Both the position numbers and the translations under genes were made by a program. DNA of 64,000 bases, from assembly GCA_044222185.1 (NCBI GenBank), contig JBGANV010000002.1, positions 320,001 to 384,000 on the forward strand, in the 5' to 3' direction. Source of the DNA: Planctomycetota bacterium. Lineage in GTDB: Bacteria > Planctomycetota > GCA-002687715 > CAIWVZ01. Of this stretch, positions 19,718 to 27,894 are shown piece by piece. The notes beneath the pieces were generated by a model. That model was not told the origin of the DNA. It saw only the letters and a program-made list of their open reading frames with translations, and searched no databases. The stretch's first letter is position 1. Each line of letters starts with the position of its first letter.

Positions 19718-20871
19718 GCCGCCGCTCCAGCAGCCTGCCGGCGGCGACGCGCGACGACTCGGGGAACCGCGAACGCGCCCGCGCAGAGAGCGACAACCCC
19801 GAGGGCCCACGCCGCCATGGGGATGGCGTGCGTGTCGCGTCCGGCGCCGAGCTTGGGAGCGCAGGCCGCCAGTCGCTCGATCAGTTCGTCGCCGGAGGTG
19901 GTCCCGTCCGTCGCATAGGACGTCCTGCCCGTTCGACCGTCCAGGATCTTGGCGACGGCACCGAGCTCACGCGCCGGTTCGATGGCGAGCGTCGTGCCCG
20001 CGGGCAGCGGCGCGATGCTCGCCACGTCGACCTTCGACCGCAGCATCCCGAGCCGCGTCCGAAACGAGGCCGCCGTCGGCATCACGACGGGACCGAAGGT
20101 GCGGAAGTCCCCGAATTCGACGACGCGCGCCACTCCACCCTGGATGCCGCCGAGGATCGGAACCACGGGAAAGTCCGGCAGGAGGAGGTCGTTCGGCATG
20201 TTCTCTCCGCCCTCCTGAGGTGCCTTGCAGACGACCGGAGTCTCGAGGAACTCGACGGTCGTGAGTCGCAGTCCTCCGTCGATCCGCTCGAAGTGGCAGC
20301 GCCATCCGAGCAGGCCGGTGACGGCTCGACCGGCCATCGCGGCCTTCACGACCTCCTCGTGGAGTCCGAACAGGACGATCAGTCCCGTGGGCGTTCGCTC
20401 GGCGCTGACGATGGGCGTGCTCTGCACCTGGTCGATCCAGGGCGAGCGCCCGAACGGGCGGAGGTACGCCATCACGGGTGACGTGGACATCTCCACGAAC
20501 TCCTCGTGCGGACGGATGAGCGCGTCGCAGTAGCCTTCACGGCGAGTGTTGAAGATCTGGACGCCGTCGCGCCACGTCGTCACCTGCAGCGGGGTCGATC
20601 CATCCTGCAACGCGAGCTTGGCCCACCGCGCTGCCCCGGTGATCGGATTCCCCTGAACCTCCCACCGGCCGACCTCGTGGACGTTCGAGCCTCCCGCGGC
20701 CGCGGCTTCGCAGCGGTCACGCCATCCGACGTTCCAGGATGGCGCGAGATCGGCCTTCGCGGCCGCGAGCAGGAGAAGCCTCGCCTGCGCGACCGGCAGC
20801 GATTGCGCCGTGGCGCCGGCAGACAGCAGTACGGCCGTGATGACGATCCGAACGTTGTGTTGTCTCGACAT
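19714..20871 (-). CDS. Exported hypothetical protein with C-terminal TM anchor and basic tail
   Basis: RBS GGGGAG, ATG 20871; signal peptide ending ATA-Q; C-terminus AAWALGVVALCAGAFAVPRVVARRRR. Confidence 0.72.
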   Translation of the reverse strand: MSRQHNVRIVITAVLLSAGATAQSLPVAQARLLLLAAAKADLAPSWNVGWRDRCEAAAAGGSNVHEVGRWEVQGNPITGAARWAKLALQDGSTPLQVTTWRDGVQIFNTRREGYCDALIRPHEEFVEMSTSPVMAYLRPFGRSPWIDQVQSTPIVSAERTPTGLIVLFGLHEEVVKAAMAGRAVTGLLGWRCHFERIDGGLRLTTVEFLETPVVCKAPQEGGENMPNDLLLPDFPVVPILGGIQGGVARVVEFGDFRTFGPVVMPTAASFRTRLGMLRSKVDVASIAPLPAGTTLAIEPARELGAVAKILDGRTGRTSYATDGTTSGDELIERLAACAPKLGAGRDTHAIPMAAWALGVVALCAGAFAVPRVVARRRRQAAGAAA

Positions 20872-20885
20872 GACACTCTCCCCGC

Positions 20886-22511
20886 TCACTGCGGTTCCGC
20901 GACGAATGGGACGGCGAACCGTGTCGGCGAACTGGCCTTCACCTTCACGTCGAAATGGATCTCGCCGACCCCCGACTTCGCCACCCATGCGTCAGGGGCA
21001 GCGATCGAGTACTTCCTGGTCCTCCCCGTGACGTCGTTCGCGTTCACGACGACCCCCTGGCCATCGGCCGATACCGCGACGATCTCGGCCCCCTCGGGAA
21101 CGTCCACCGTGAACTCGCCCGACCAGCCGTGGTCGACCGTTCTCGCGAGGCGAACCACGTCCGGCGTCACGCCGAGTGGCTGAACGACGTTCCAGCGCAC
21201 GACGGTGTCGAGGCTCGTCTGCCCGACGTATGCCGTGATCGCCGCCGACCCAGGTCCAAGTCCGAACGGCTTCACCACGACCTCGGCCATCGTCGCCGTC
21301 GGAAGTTCGGCGACGGGGATTTCCGTCCTTCCATCCGTTCGGATGACCAGCGTCCCGGCACGCTCGACGACCCACGAGATCGGTCCGATCGTCGCCGACG
21401 GCCCCGCCAGGGCGCGTGCACCGTCCGTGAAATGGAGCAGGACCTTCCGCGACGACTCGACGCCAGGCGGGATGTCTCCGAGGTCGATGCTGCCTGCGAG
21501 TTCGAGGCCCTGCACGCGGGCGGCCGGCAGATGAACGGTCACCGTCGTGAGCTTCCCGTCGTCCTGCCGGAAGAACACCAGGATCGTCCGGGGCGTGTTC
21601 GCGACCTCGACATCGAGCGTGCAGACGCGTCGCTCGCCTGGTTCGAGCGGCTTGTCCGTGTGAAAGACGTAGGACGCGCACGTGCAGGACGCGAGCACGC
21701 GGTCGAACTTCACCGGCGACGGGGACTCGTTGACGACCGTGATGTCGTACTTCTGCCGTCCGATGAGCTTGGTGTCGACGGTGATGTCGAGGCCTGGCTC
21801 GAAGCGGAGACCACCGGTGTGTCCCGGCCGGCAGCCACCGAGTGCGACCGTCACCGCGGCGACCGCTGCCACGACTGCCGGACGAAGGCGGAGGTGGCGG
21901 AACTGCCACGCGAGTCCGAGGGCTCCCATCGCGAGGAGGGCAAGCGAGATCCCGCGGCCCCAGGTCATGCGTGGTGGGACTTCGCACAGCAGCATGGCGG
22001 GCAGCAGGTCACCTTTGAACTTCGGCCAGTACGATCCACCGGCGAACATCGGCGGATCGAAGTAGTCGACGCGGTCTCCCCCCGTTCCTCGAATCACGAG
22101 GAAGTGGGCCGGGTTGTCTCCACCGGCGGGGTGTCGGCGGGCGACGATCGCGATCTGATCCGCGGATGGAGCCTCGATGGGCCGCGCCGTCGCGCGAACT
22201 CCGTGCTGGCCCAGAACGCGCTGGATGTCGGCCATCGAGCAAAGGCCCGAAGCGCCGATCCCGAGTTCCTTCTTCAACTCGTCGAAGCCTGGAGAGGCAA
22301 CGTTCAGCAAGGACAGCGCGACGCCGGCGGAATAGGCGCCGCAGTCCTGCTCGAGAACGGCGCCGCGCGGGGTGGCGGTCTCCTGGCCCAAGCCAGCGAC
22401 GACGACTAGCGCGAGAGCGAGCGCCGACCGGAGCGAGATGCACGCGAGCCATCCGTCCTCTCGCATGGCGCGGCGTGCACGAGCAATCTGAGGGGTCGAT
22501 GTTGAGAACAT
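20886..22511 (-). CDS. Exported C39-like cysteine peptidase fused to DUF1573/Ig-like domains
   Basis: QDCGAYS (Cys), SMADI, HFLVI (His), YFDPP (Asp); TM followed by a second hydrophobic stretch ending LGG-C; DUF1573 motif N.S..PV....V.ASCTC......LEPGE; RBS GAGGTG before ATG 22511. Confidence 0.85.
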   Translation of the reverse strand: MFSTSTPQIARARRAMREDGWLACISLRSALALALVVVAGLGQETATPRGAVLEQDCGAYSAGVALSLLNVASPGFDELKKELGIGASGLCSMADIQRVLGQHGVRATARPIEAPSADQIAIVARRHPAGGDNPAHFLVIRGTGGDRVDYFDPPMFAGGSYWPKFKGDLLPAMLLCEVPPRMTWGRGISLALLAMGALGLAWQFRHLRLRPAVVAAVAAVTVALGGCRPGHTGGLRFEPGLDITVDTKLIGRQKYDITVVNESPSPVKFDRVLASCTCASYVFHTDKPLEPGERRVCTLDVEVANTPRTILVFFRQDDGKLTTVTVHLPAARVQGLELAGSIDLGDIPPGVESSRKVLLHFTDGARALAGPSATIGPISWVVERAGTLVIRTDGRTEIPVAELPTATMAEVVVKPFGLGPGSAAITAYVGQTSLDTVVRWNVVQPLGVTPDVVRLARTVDHGWSGEFTVDVPEGAEIVAVSADGQGVVVNANDVTGRTRKYSIAAPDAWVAKSGVGEIHFDVKVKASSPTRFAVPFVAEPQ

Positions 22512-22557
22512 GGGGTTCACCTCGCATGAGTCCCGAAGAGCACCGCGTCCACCCGTC

Positions 22558-24930
22558 TCAGGGCGACGTCTGGAGCACGCAGCGCACCGCCGCGGGCCAC
22601 GTCGCCTGGATGGTTCGTGCCGCCGGCATCAGCCAGCGCGACGCGAGATCGAGCGATCGAACGGGCCATCGGCCGATGCGGTCAACGAGAAGGCGGCACT
22701 GCGCAGTCGCCGTTACACCTTCGGGGGCGAGATCGTGAGTGTCGCGAGCCGGCACGGCCCGGAGGCCCGACGGCCCGCTCCTCACCTCGCGAACGTCGAG
22801 CGTCGGACCGCCGACGCAGACGAGGACCGGCATCACGGGATGGCAGCCCAGCAGGAGCGAGTCGCCCGTTCGGAGGACGGGCGCCAACATCACCCCGCAA
22901 TCGAGGTCGTAGGCCGCCAAGACCAGCTCGTGCTCGAGGAGCGGTCCGTCGAGCTGGACCCGCTGTTGCGCGCTGCTTTCCGGAAGTTGCCAATCGCCAC
23001 GCGTGGGTAGCTCAGAGCCTGGAACGAAGAGCGCGGTGGAACCGCAGCGCAGGCGAAGTCCCTGGCCCCCGCATCGGCGGACTCGCAAGGTCCCCGATGG
23101 ATCCGTCCGGACGACCGCCTCGTGAAACGCGACCGCAGGTACGACCGACACGACGACGTCGCAGGATGCGAGGGGCGCTCCACCGTGGCCCCTGATGGTG
23201 ATCTCGAGAGCCGGGCCCGCATCTCCGCCGACCCGGCCCAGGTCGACGACGGCGTCCGTCTCGACGTTCACCTTGCGAGACCAGAGGCTCCCATCGTCGA
23301 AGCGCGCCGCGACGACGTACTCACCCGGCGTGAGAGCGTCGAAGCGGAACGCCGTTCGGGGCTCCACACGGCGCTCCCTGTGCATCGTCGACCACGCATC
23401 CGCGGTGGGAATCACCGCGACGACACCGGACGCCCCGGCAACTCCGCAGACGCTGCCCGCACCGACGTCGTCGAGCGAGATCTGCGCCGTCTCTCCGTCT
23501 CGGACGACGAGTCGGCGGGAGACGCCCAGGCCATCCACGACCAGGGTGTAGGTGCCCGGCGGAAGCCAGTATTCGCGCGCATTCCCATCGATGCGATTCG
23601 CCGCTGCGACGGCCCCATACCTCGTTTCCAGGAGGGCGAGGCGGCGTGACTCCAATCGTGACGGGTCCGCGCTCGTGACGCGAACGCGCCCGCCGAAGTC
23701 ACCGAGCTCGATGGCGCGCGGCGCAGCGGACGCGAGCGCACCGACCTGGAAGGGTCGACTCACGCCTTGGAATCCAAAGAATCGGACGGGATCCGTGGGA
23801 TCGGGCCGGCGGCCGAGCACGACCGTGACGAGGCCATCGCCGTCCGTCCGCGCCTTCACCAGCTCCGCGCCGATCGACGCCTGGACGATTCCGTGGGAGA
23901 TCGACTGCGCCCCCGTGACGAGTCGAGCGCGCAGCGCTTCGATCGCGCCGAATTCCAGGAATGCGACGCGACCCTCGTCGGCGTCCGTCGGTGTCGCGTT
24001 CGCGCGGATCACGGCAGCGCCGTTCATGCGGACGGCACCCGTGATCGTCCGAGTCTCGGGGTCCTGGACCTCGAGCATTCCCATCCCGAACCTCAGGTCG
24101 ACGGGGCCGCGGCCCACGGACACCGAATCGGCTTGGATGTCGACATCGGTGAGCGTCGTGTGCTCGAAGCTCGCCAAGGCTGGAACGCTGACCGTCACGG
24201 CAAGGACGCGCGTCGCCTGGATTCGGATCAGCAGGTCCGTCTCACCGGGCGTCACACGCTCGCGGACGCGCACGATCCCATCCCGAGTCGCCTCGACGAA
24301 TGCGGAATCGAACGAACGGACGCCCTCGTACCGGAACGCGCCCTGCGCGTCCGCGGTCGTTGGATACATCCGGTCGGACGTGACGAGCGCGATCCGGGCC
24401 CCACCCGCGGGAGCACCGGCGGCGTCGACGACTCGGCCGGCGACGGACGTCGACCCCTTCAGCCCGACGACGACGCGATTCTGCCCGCAGTCGAGCGACA
24501 GATTCCGTTCCGCATCGGCGTAGCGGTGATGACGCACGACGAGCCGCACGCAATCGTCGACGCGCTCGACGTCGAGTCGCGCCCGGCCGGCTCCGTCGGT
24601 GAGCGCGATCGGTGGCGCGGATGGGGGATTCGAGAAGCTCGCAACGACGGTGGCTCCTTCGATCGGGTCGAGGGTCGATTCGTCGCGGACGACGACGTCG
24701 ATCGACCCGCTACCGGGGCCAGCGAACGGTCGCGGGCGCACGGATGCCGCGGTCGGGTGTCTCCACGTGTCCGTCGCGCTCGCAAGGTCGCCGAGCGCAG
24801 CGGACGGAGACGGGAGGTCGGTCCGCGTCGGCGCCGACCCGGTGTCGTCCATCACGGCGGCCGTCGCCAGGAGCGTTGCAACGAGTGCCGCGGCCGGGAG
24901 CCACGTCACCGCGCGAGGTCGTTTCGTCAT
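22558..24930 (-). CDS. Carboxypeptidase-regulatory-like domain protein, N-terminally anchored/exported
   Basis: RBS AGGAGG, ATG 24930; hydrophobic N-terminus; VVRDESTLDPIEGATV, AGRVVDAAGAPAGGARI...TTADAQGAFRYEGV, FDALTPGEY. Confidence 0.75.
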   Translation of the reverse strand: MTKRPRAVTWLPAAALVATLLATAAVMDDTGSAPTRTDLPSPSAALGDLASATDTWRHPTAASVRPRPFAGPGSGSIDVVVRDESTLDPIEGATVVASFSNPPSAPPIALTDGAGRARLDVERVDDCVRLVVRHHRYADAERNLSLDCGQNRVVVGLKGSTSVAGRVVDAAGAPAGGARIALVTSDRMYPTTADAQGAFRYEGVRSFDSAFVEATRDGIVRVRERVTPGETDLLIRIQATRVLAVTVSVPALASFEHTTLTDVDIQADSVSVGRGPVDLRFGMGMLEVQDPETRTITGAVRMNGAAVIRANATPTDADEGRVAFLEFGAIEALRARLVTGAQSISHGIVQASIGAELVKARTDGDGLVTVVLGRRPDPTDPVRFFGFQGVSRPFQVGALASAAPRAIELGDFGGRVRVTSADPSRLESRRLALLETRYGAVAAANRIDGNAREYWLPPGTYTLVVDGLGVSRRLVVRDGETAQISLDDVGAGSVCGVAGASGVVAVIPTADAWSTMHRERRVEPRTAFRFDALTPGEYVVAARFDDGSLWSRKVNVETDAVVDLGRVGGDAGPALEITIRGHGGAPLASCDVVVSVVPAVAFHEAVVRTDPSGTLRVRRCGGQGLRLRCGSTALFVPGSELPTRGDWQLPESSAQQRVQLDGPLLEHELVLAAYDLDCGVMLAPVLRTGDSLLLGCHPVMPVLVCVGGPTLDVREVRSGPSGLRAVPARDTHDLAPEGVTATAQCRLLVDRIGRWPVRSLDLASRWLMPAARTIQATWPAAVRCVLQTSP

Positions 24931-25030
24931 GTTCCCCTCCTGGGCCGCGGGGAGCGACGCGTCGCGGGTCACCGGCGCATCGCCCACCGCCGACGTCGAG
25001 GACGGACGCCCCGATCGAGCCGTCACGAGT

Positions 25031-25549
25031 TCAGCCGCAGCTGAAGGCCGCACACGGCATGGTCGCGTTCGGGACGGGAACGCACGCCGCGCCGATGCAG
25101 AGGTGCGTCGTCTTGCCGGGTGCGCACGTGACTCCGGAGTCCGTCGCGGTGATCGTGCAGCTCCCCTGCCCGGCCGTTCCGCAGTCCAGGATCGTCGCGT
25201 TCGGGTCACACGAGCTCGGCTCGTTCGAGGTGGTGCAGAACTTCACGTACTTCTCGTTGTTGCAACCACTCGATGGACACGTCTGCTGCGTGTAGGGGCA
25301 CGGTCCGCACGAACGCGTGTTCTTGTTGCAGTACGAGCCGCGCTGCATCCAGGACGTGCAGCTCTCGTTGCCTGGCCAGCACTGCTTGTACACGAGCGTC
25401 AAGCCGCCTCCGGCGACCTGCCCGCCGATGATCCCGCCGAGCGACAGACCGTCCTTCGAATCCGGGCCGCTCTCCGGTGCGCCATTCATCAGGCCAAGAA
25501 CGCCCGAAATGACCAACGCCGCACTCGCGACGAACTTGATGGAATTCAT
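25031..25549 (-). CDS. Small secreted cysteine-rich protein (16 Cys), putative double-glycine precursor
   Basis: RBS GGAGG, ATG 25549; 172 aa; signal peptide, then PESGPDSKDGLSLGGIIGGQVAGG, then a region containing all 16 Cys. The composition is unlike a GC-rich shadow ORF. Confidence 0.85.
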   Translation of the reverse strand: MNSIKFVASAALVISGVLGLMNGAPESGPDSKDGLSLGGIIGGQVAGGGLTLVYKQCWPGNESCTSWMQRGSYCNKNTRSCGPCPYTQQTCPSSGCNNEKYVKFCTTSNEPSSCDPNATILDCGTAGQGSCTITATDSGVTCAPGKTTHLCIGAACVPVPNATMPCAAFSCG

Positions 25550-25981
25550 GTGATCCTCCGCACGTGAGCCGCCGGACTGAATGGATGGACGGCGAGCGGG
25601 CGTCCCGCCATGCACGTTGGCTCAGCGGCGGCGTTGGCGGCCCGTCGATGCACGCACGTCCCGACACCGAGGCCCACGCCGACCATCGGCGTCTGTGCTC
25701 GGGTCGTCTGTAGAGGCGTCGAAGCACGTCGGGCGTTACTGCGGAACCATCGTCGGTGTCTCGAATCCTCGACACGGCCGCCCGGCCGCGCCAAAGGGAT
25801 GCTGAGCTCGATCCCACGGTCCGAAGAGTCGCGATCGAGTGGCCCGACGCGCAGTTGCGCGTCGCGATCGGTCACCCGGCGAGAGATCGTCCGCGTGGTC
25901 GACACCGTGGTTCGGCGAGCTCCGTCCGAGCCGGCTCGAAGCGGGCGCAGTGCCGGCGCCGGCCGCGCAGCGCAACGCTCC

Positions 25982-26908
25982 CTATTTCGAGAACTTGTTG
26001 GCCTTGCGATTGCCGAGTCGAAGCTTGTCCTCGAGATGCGAGCGAAGCGCGGCGTAGAAGTCTCGCAGGAAGCGATCGACGTCGACCTTGCGCGGGTCGC
26101 CATCCCAGCGAATGCGCTGCTGGATGCGCTCGGCGACGGCTCGGCGCGTCACCTGGGCGTCGACGGCATCGTCACGGCGCAGGACCTGTTCGAGCACCTG
26201 AAGCTCGTACTCGCCGTAGATCGCCAGCTGCGGGGGCGTGAACTCGTATCGCGCCGCGGTCGCCGCCTTCCGTGTCGCCCGACTCAGGTCCGCAAGCAAC
26301 GTCGCCTTCGGAGCGAGGACCACGCGCGTCCCACCCACCAGATCGCCGATGCGGAGCCGGTCCCGGTTGAAGATCGGCAAGCCCATGAAGATGAGGAGCC
26401 AGACCAGGGCGGCGAATCGCAACCACCCTGGCACCCCGGGGAAGAACGTGCTCGACCCGAACGTGAGAGCGAGCGGGAGGACCACCTCCACGTTTCGAAC
26501 GAGGTTGCGGGCGAAGATCGCCTCCGACAGCAGTTGGCCGCCGCGCGCATCGATCACCCGCAGACCGAGCATGCGCTTGCCCGGCGTCCGGCCCTGCCAG
26601 CGGATCTCGAACCACGGAAAGTAGGCGTTGATCAACAGGAACACGCCCAGGGTTGCGACGGTCATTCCCACCTCGCCCGAGGCCATCGCCGACGCCACCG
26701 CGAGCGTCACCACGAGAACGAGCGCGAGAACGATGATCACGGCATCCACGAGGAACGCCGCCGCCCGCTCGCCCGCGGACGCCAGAGTCACGCAGATCGG
26801 TACACCCTCGGGCGTGATGATCTCGCGCATTCGCAACGCGCGTGCGAATTCACCGACGCTCGCCCCGGGGATCAAGTGCGGCCCGTGGCCGGCGGCGACG
26901 GGCCTCAC
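25982..26908 (-). CDS. RDD family protein
   Basis: TPEGVPI...ASAGERAAAFLVD, GRTPGKRMLGLRVI, RIGDLVGGTRVV; GTG 26908 overlaps the spoIIM-like stop. Confidence 0.9.
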   Translation of the reverse strand: MRPVAAGHGPHLIPGASVGEFARALRMREIITPEGVPICVTLASAGERAAAFLVDAVIIVLALVLVVTLAVASAMASGEVGMTVATLGVFLLINAYFPWFEIRWQGRTPGKRMLGLRVIDARGGQLLSEAIFARNLVRNVEVVLPLALTFGSSTFFPGVPGWLRFAALVWLLIFMGLPIFNRDRLRIGDLVGGTRVVLAPKATLLADLSRATRKAATAARYEFTPPQLAIYGEYELQVLEQVLRRDDAVDAQVTRRAVAERIQQRIRWDGDPRKVDVDRFLRDFYAALRSHLEDKLRLGNRKANKFSK

Positions 26909-27894
26909 GCGGCCCTCCGCATGGGCCGTACGCCCAGGTAGAGGTACCACGCACAGGCGAACGCGAGCGCGACGGTCCATCGCACGGACGTGCTGGTGAC
27001 GGCCCCGCGAAACACGCCCTCCATCACGCCTGCGATCAGGAACATGACCATGGCTCCCGTCGCCACGCGGCCGGCTTCACGGCCGGCGACGAGCAGATTG
27101 TCGACCCGACTCATCCGGCCTGGAAACACCAACGCCTGACCGAGGACGAGTCCCGCGCCGCCACACAGGATGATCGCCAGGATCTCCGTGACCCCGTGAG
27201 GCAAAACCCATCCCCAGAACTCCACGCTCAGGCCGCGCGACATGAAGAGTGCGCCAAACGCCCCGAGCATGAGCCCATTCGTGAACATCAGGTACAGCGT
27301 GATGATTCCCCCCGCGAAGCCCAGCGCGAACGACCAGATCCCGATCTGCGCGTTGTGCGTGAAGAGCATGGTGGCGAATCCGCCGCTCGCCGACGCCTGG
27401 AAGAGCGTCGACCGCAGCGTCTCGGTCGACGCCGTCGGATCGCGACCCGAGGCGAGGTCGGCATCCACGAACGAGTAGAACCACTCGGGATCGCGTGCCG
27501 TCAGCACCCAACTCGTCAACCCACCGATGAGGAAGAGGCTCCAGGCCAGAAGCATGTGGTTTCGGTAGCGCCGAACGGCGGAGGGGAATCCCCACCGGAC
27601 GAACTCGCCCACGACGGCGAACGGATGGCGGCGAGTTCCATACACGCAGAAGTATGCCCGAAGCGTGAGCGCTTCCAGGTACTCGACCAGGTTGCGGTCC
27701 AGGGAGATCGCGCGCGCGAGGCTGAGGGACGACACGGCCTGACGGTAGAGGCGCGGCAGGTCGGAGAGATCCTCCGGTGCGAGGCCGCGGACGTTCCGCG
27801 AGCGCTCCGCGCGTTGCACGAGCTCTTCCAGCCGTTGCCAGGACGCCTGACGCTCGTGTCGGAATTGGAAGCTCTTCAGTCCCGCGTCGTCCAT
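26905..27894 (-). CDS. Stage II sporulation protein M (SpoIIM/DUF95) family membrane protein
   Basis: LYRQAVSSLSLAR, LFTHNAQI, NGLMLGA, LPHGVTEILAI, AGVMEG; TGATG coupling with DUF58. Confidence 0.9.
   Translation of the reverse strand: MDDAGLKSFQFRHERQASWQRLEELVQRAERSRNVRGLAPEDLSDLPRLYRQAVSSLSLARAISLDRNLVEYLEALTLRAYFCVYGTRRHPFAVVGEFVRWGFPSAVRRYRNHMLLAWSLFLIGGLTSWVLTARDPEWFYSFVDADLASGRDPTASTETLRSTLFQASASGGFATMLFTHNAQIGIWSFALGFAGGIITLYLMFTNGLMLGAFGALFMSRGLSVEFWGWVLPHGVTEILAIILCGGAGLVLGQALVFPGRMSRVDNLLVAGREAGRVATGAMVMFLIAGVMEGVFRGAVTSTSVRWTVALAFACAWYLYLGVRPMRRAA

Noticed and set aside
25031-25549. Cys-rich protein as a methylamine dehydrogenase small subunit (two Trp, MauE nearby)
   Set aside because: No Tat RR motif, no MauA-like motifs recognised, the two Trp are only 9 residues apart, and no mauB/mauG are in the window.
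18878-25549. Classical lanthipeptide/sactipeptide/bacteriocin cluster
   Set aside because: No LanM/B/C, radical SAM, YcaO or ABC transporter; all components appear exported.
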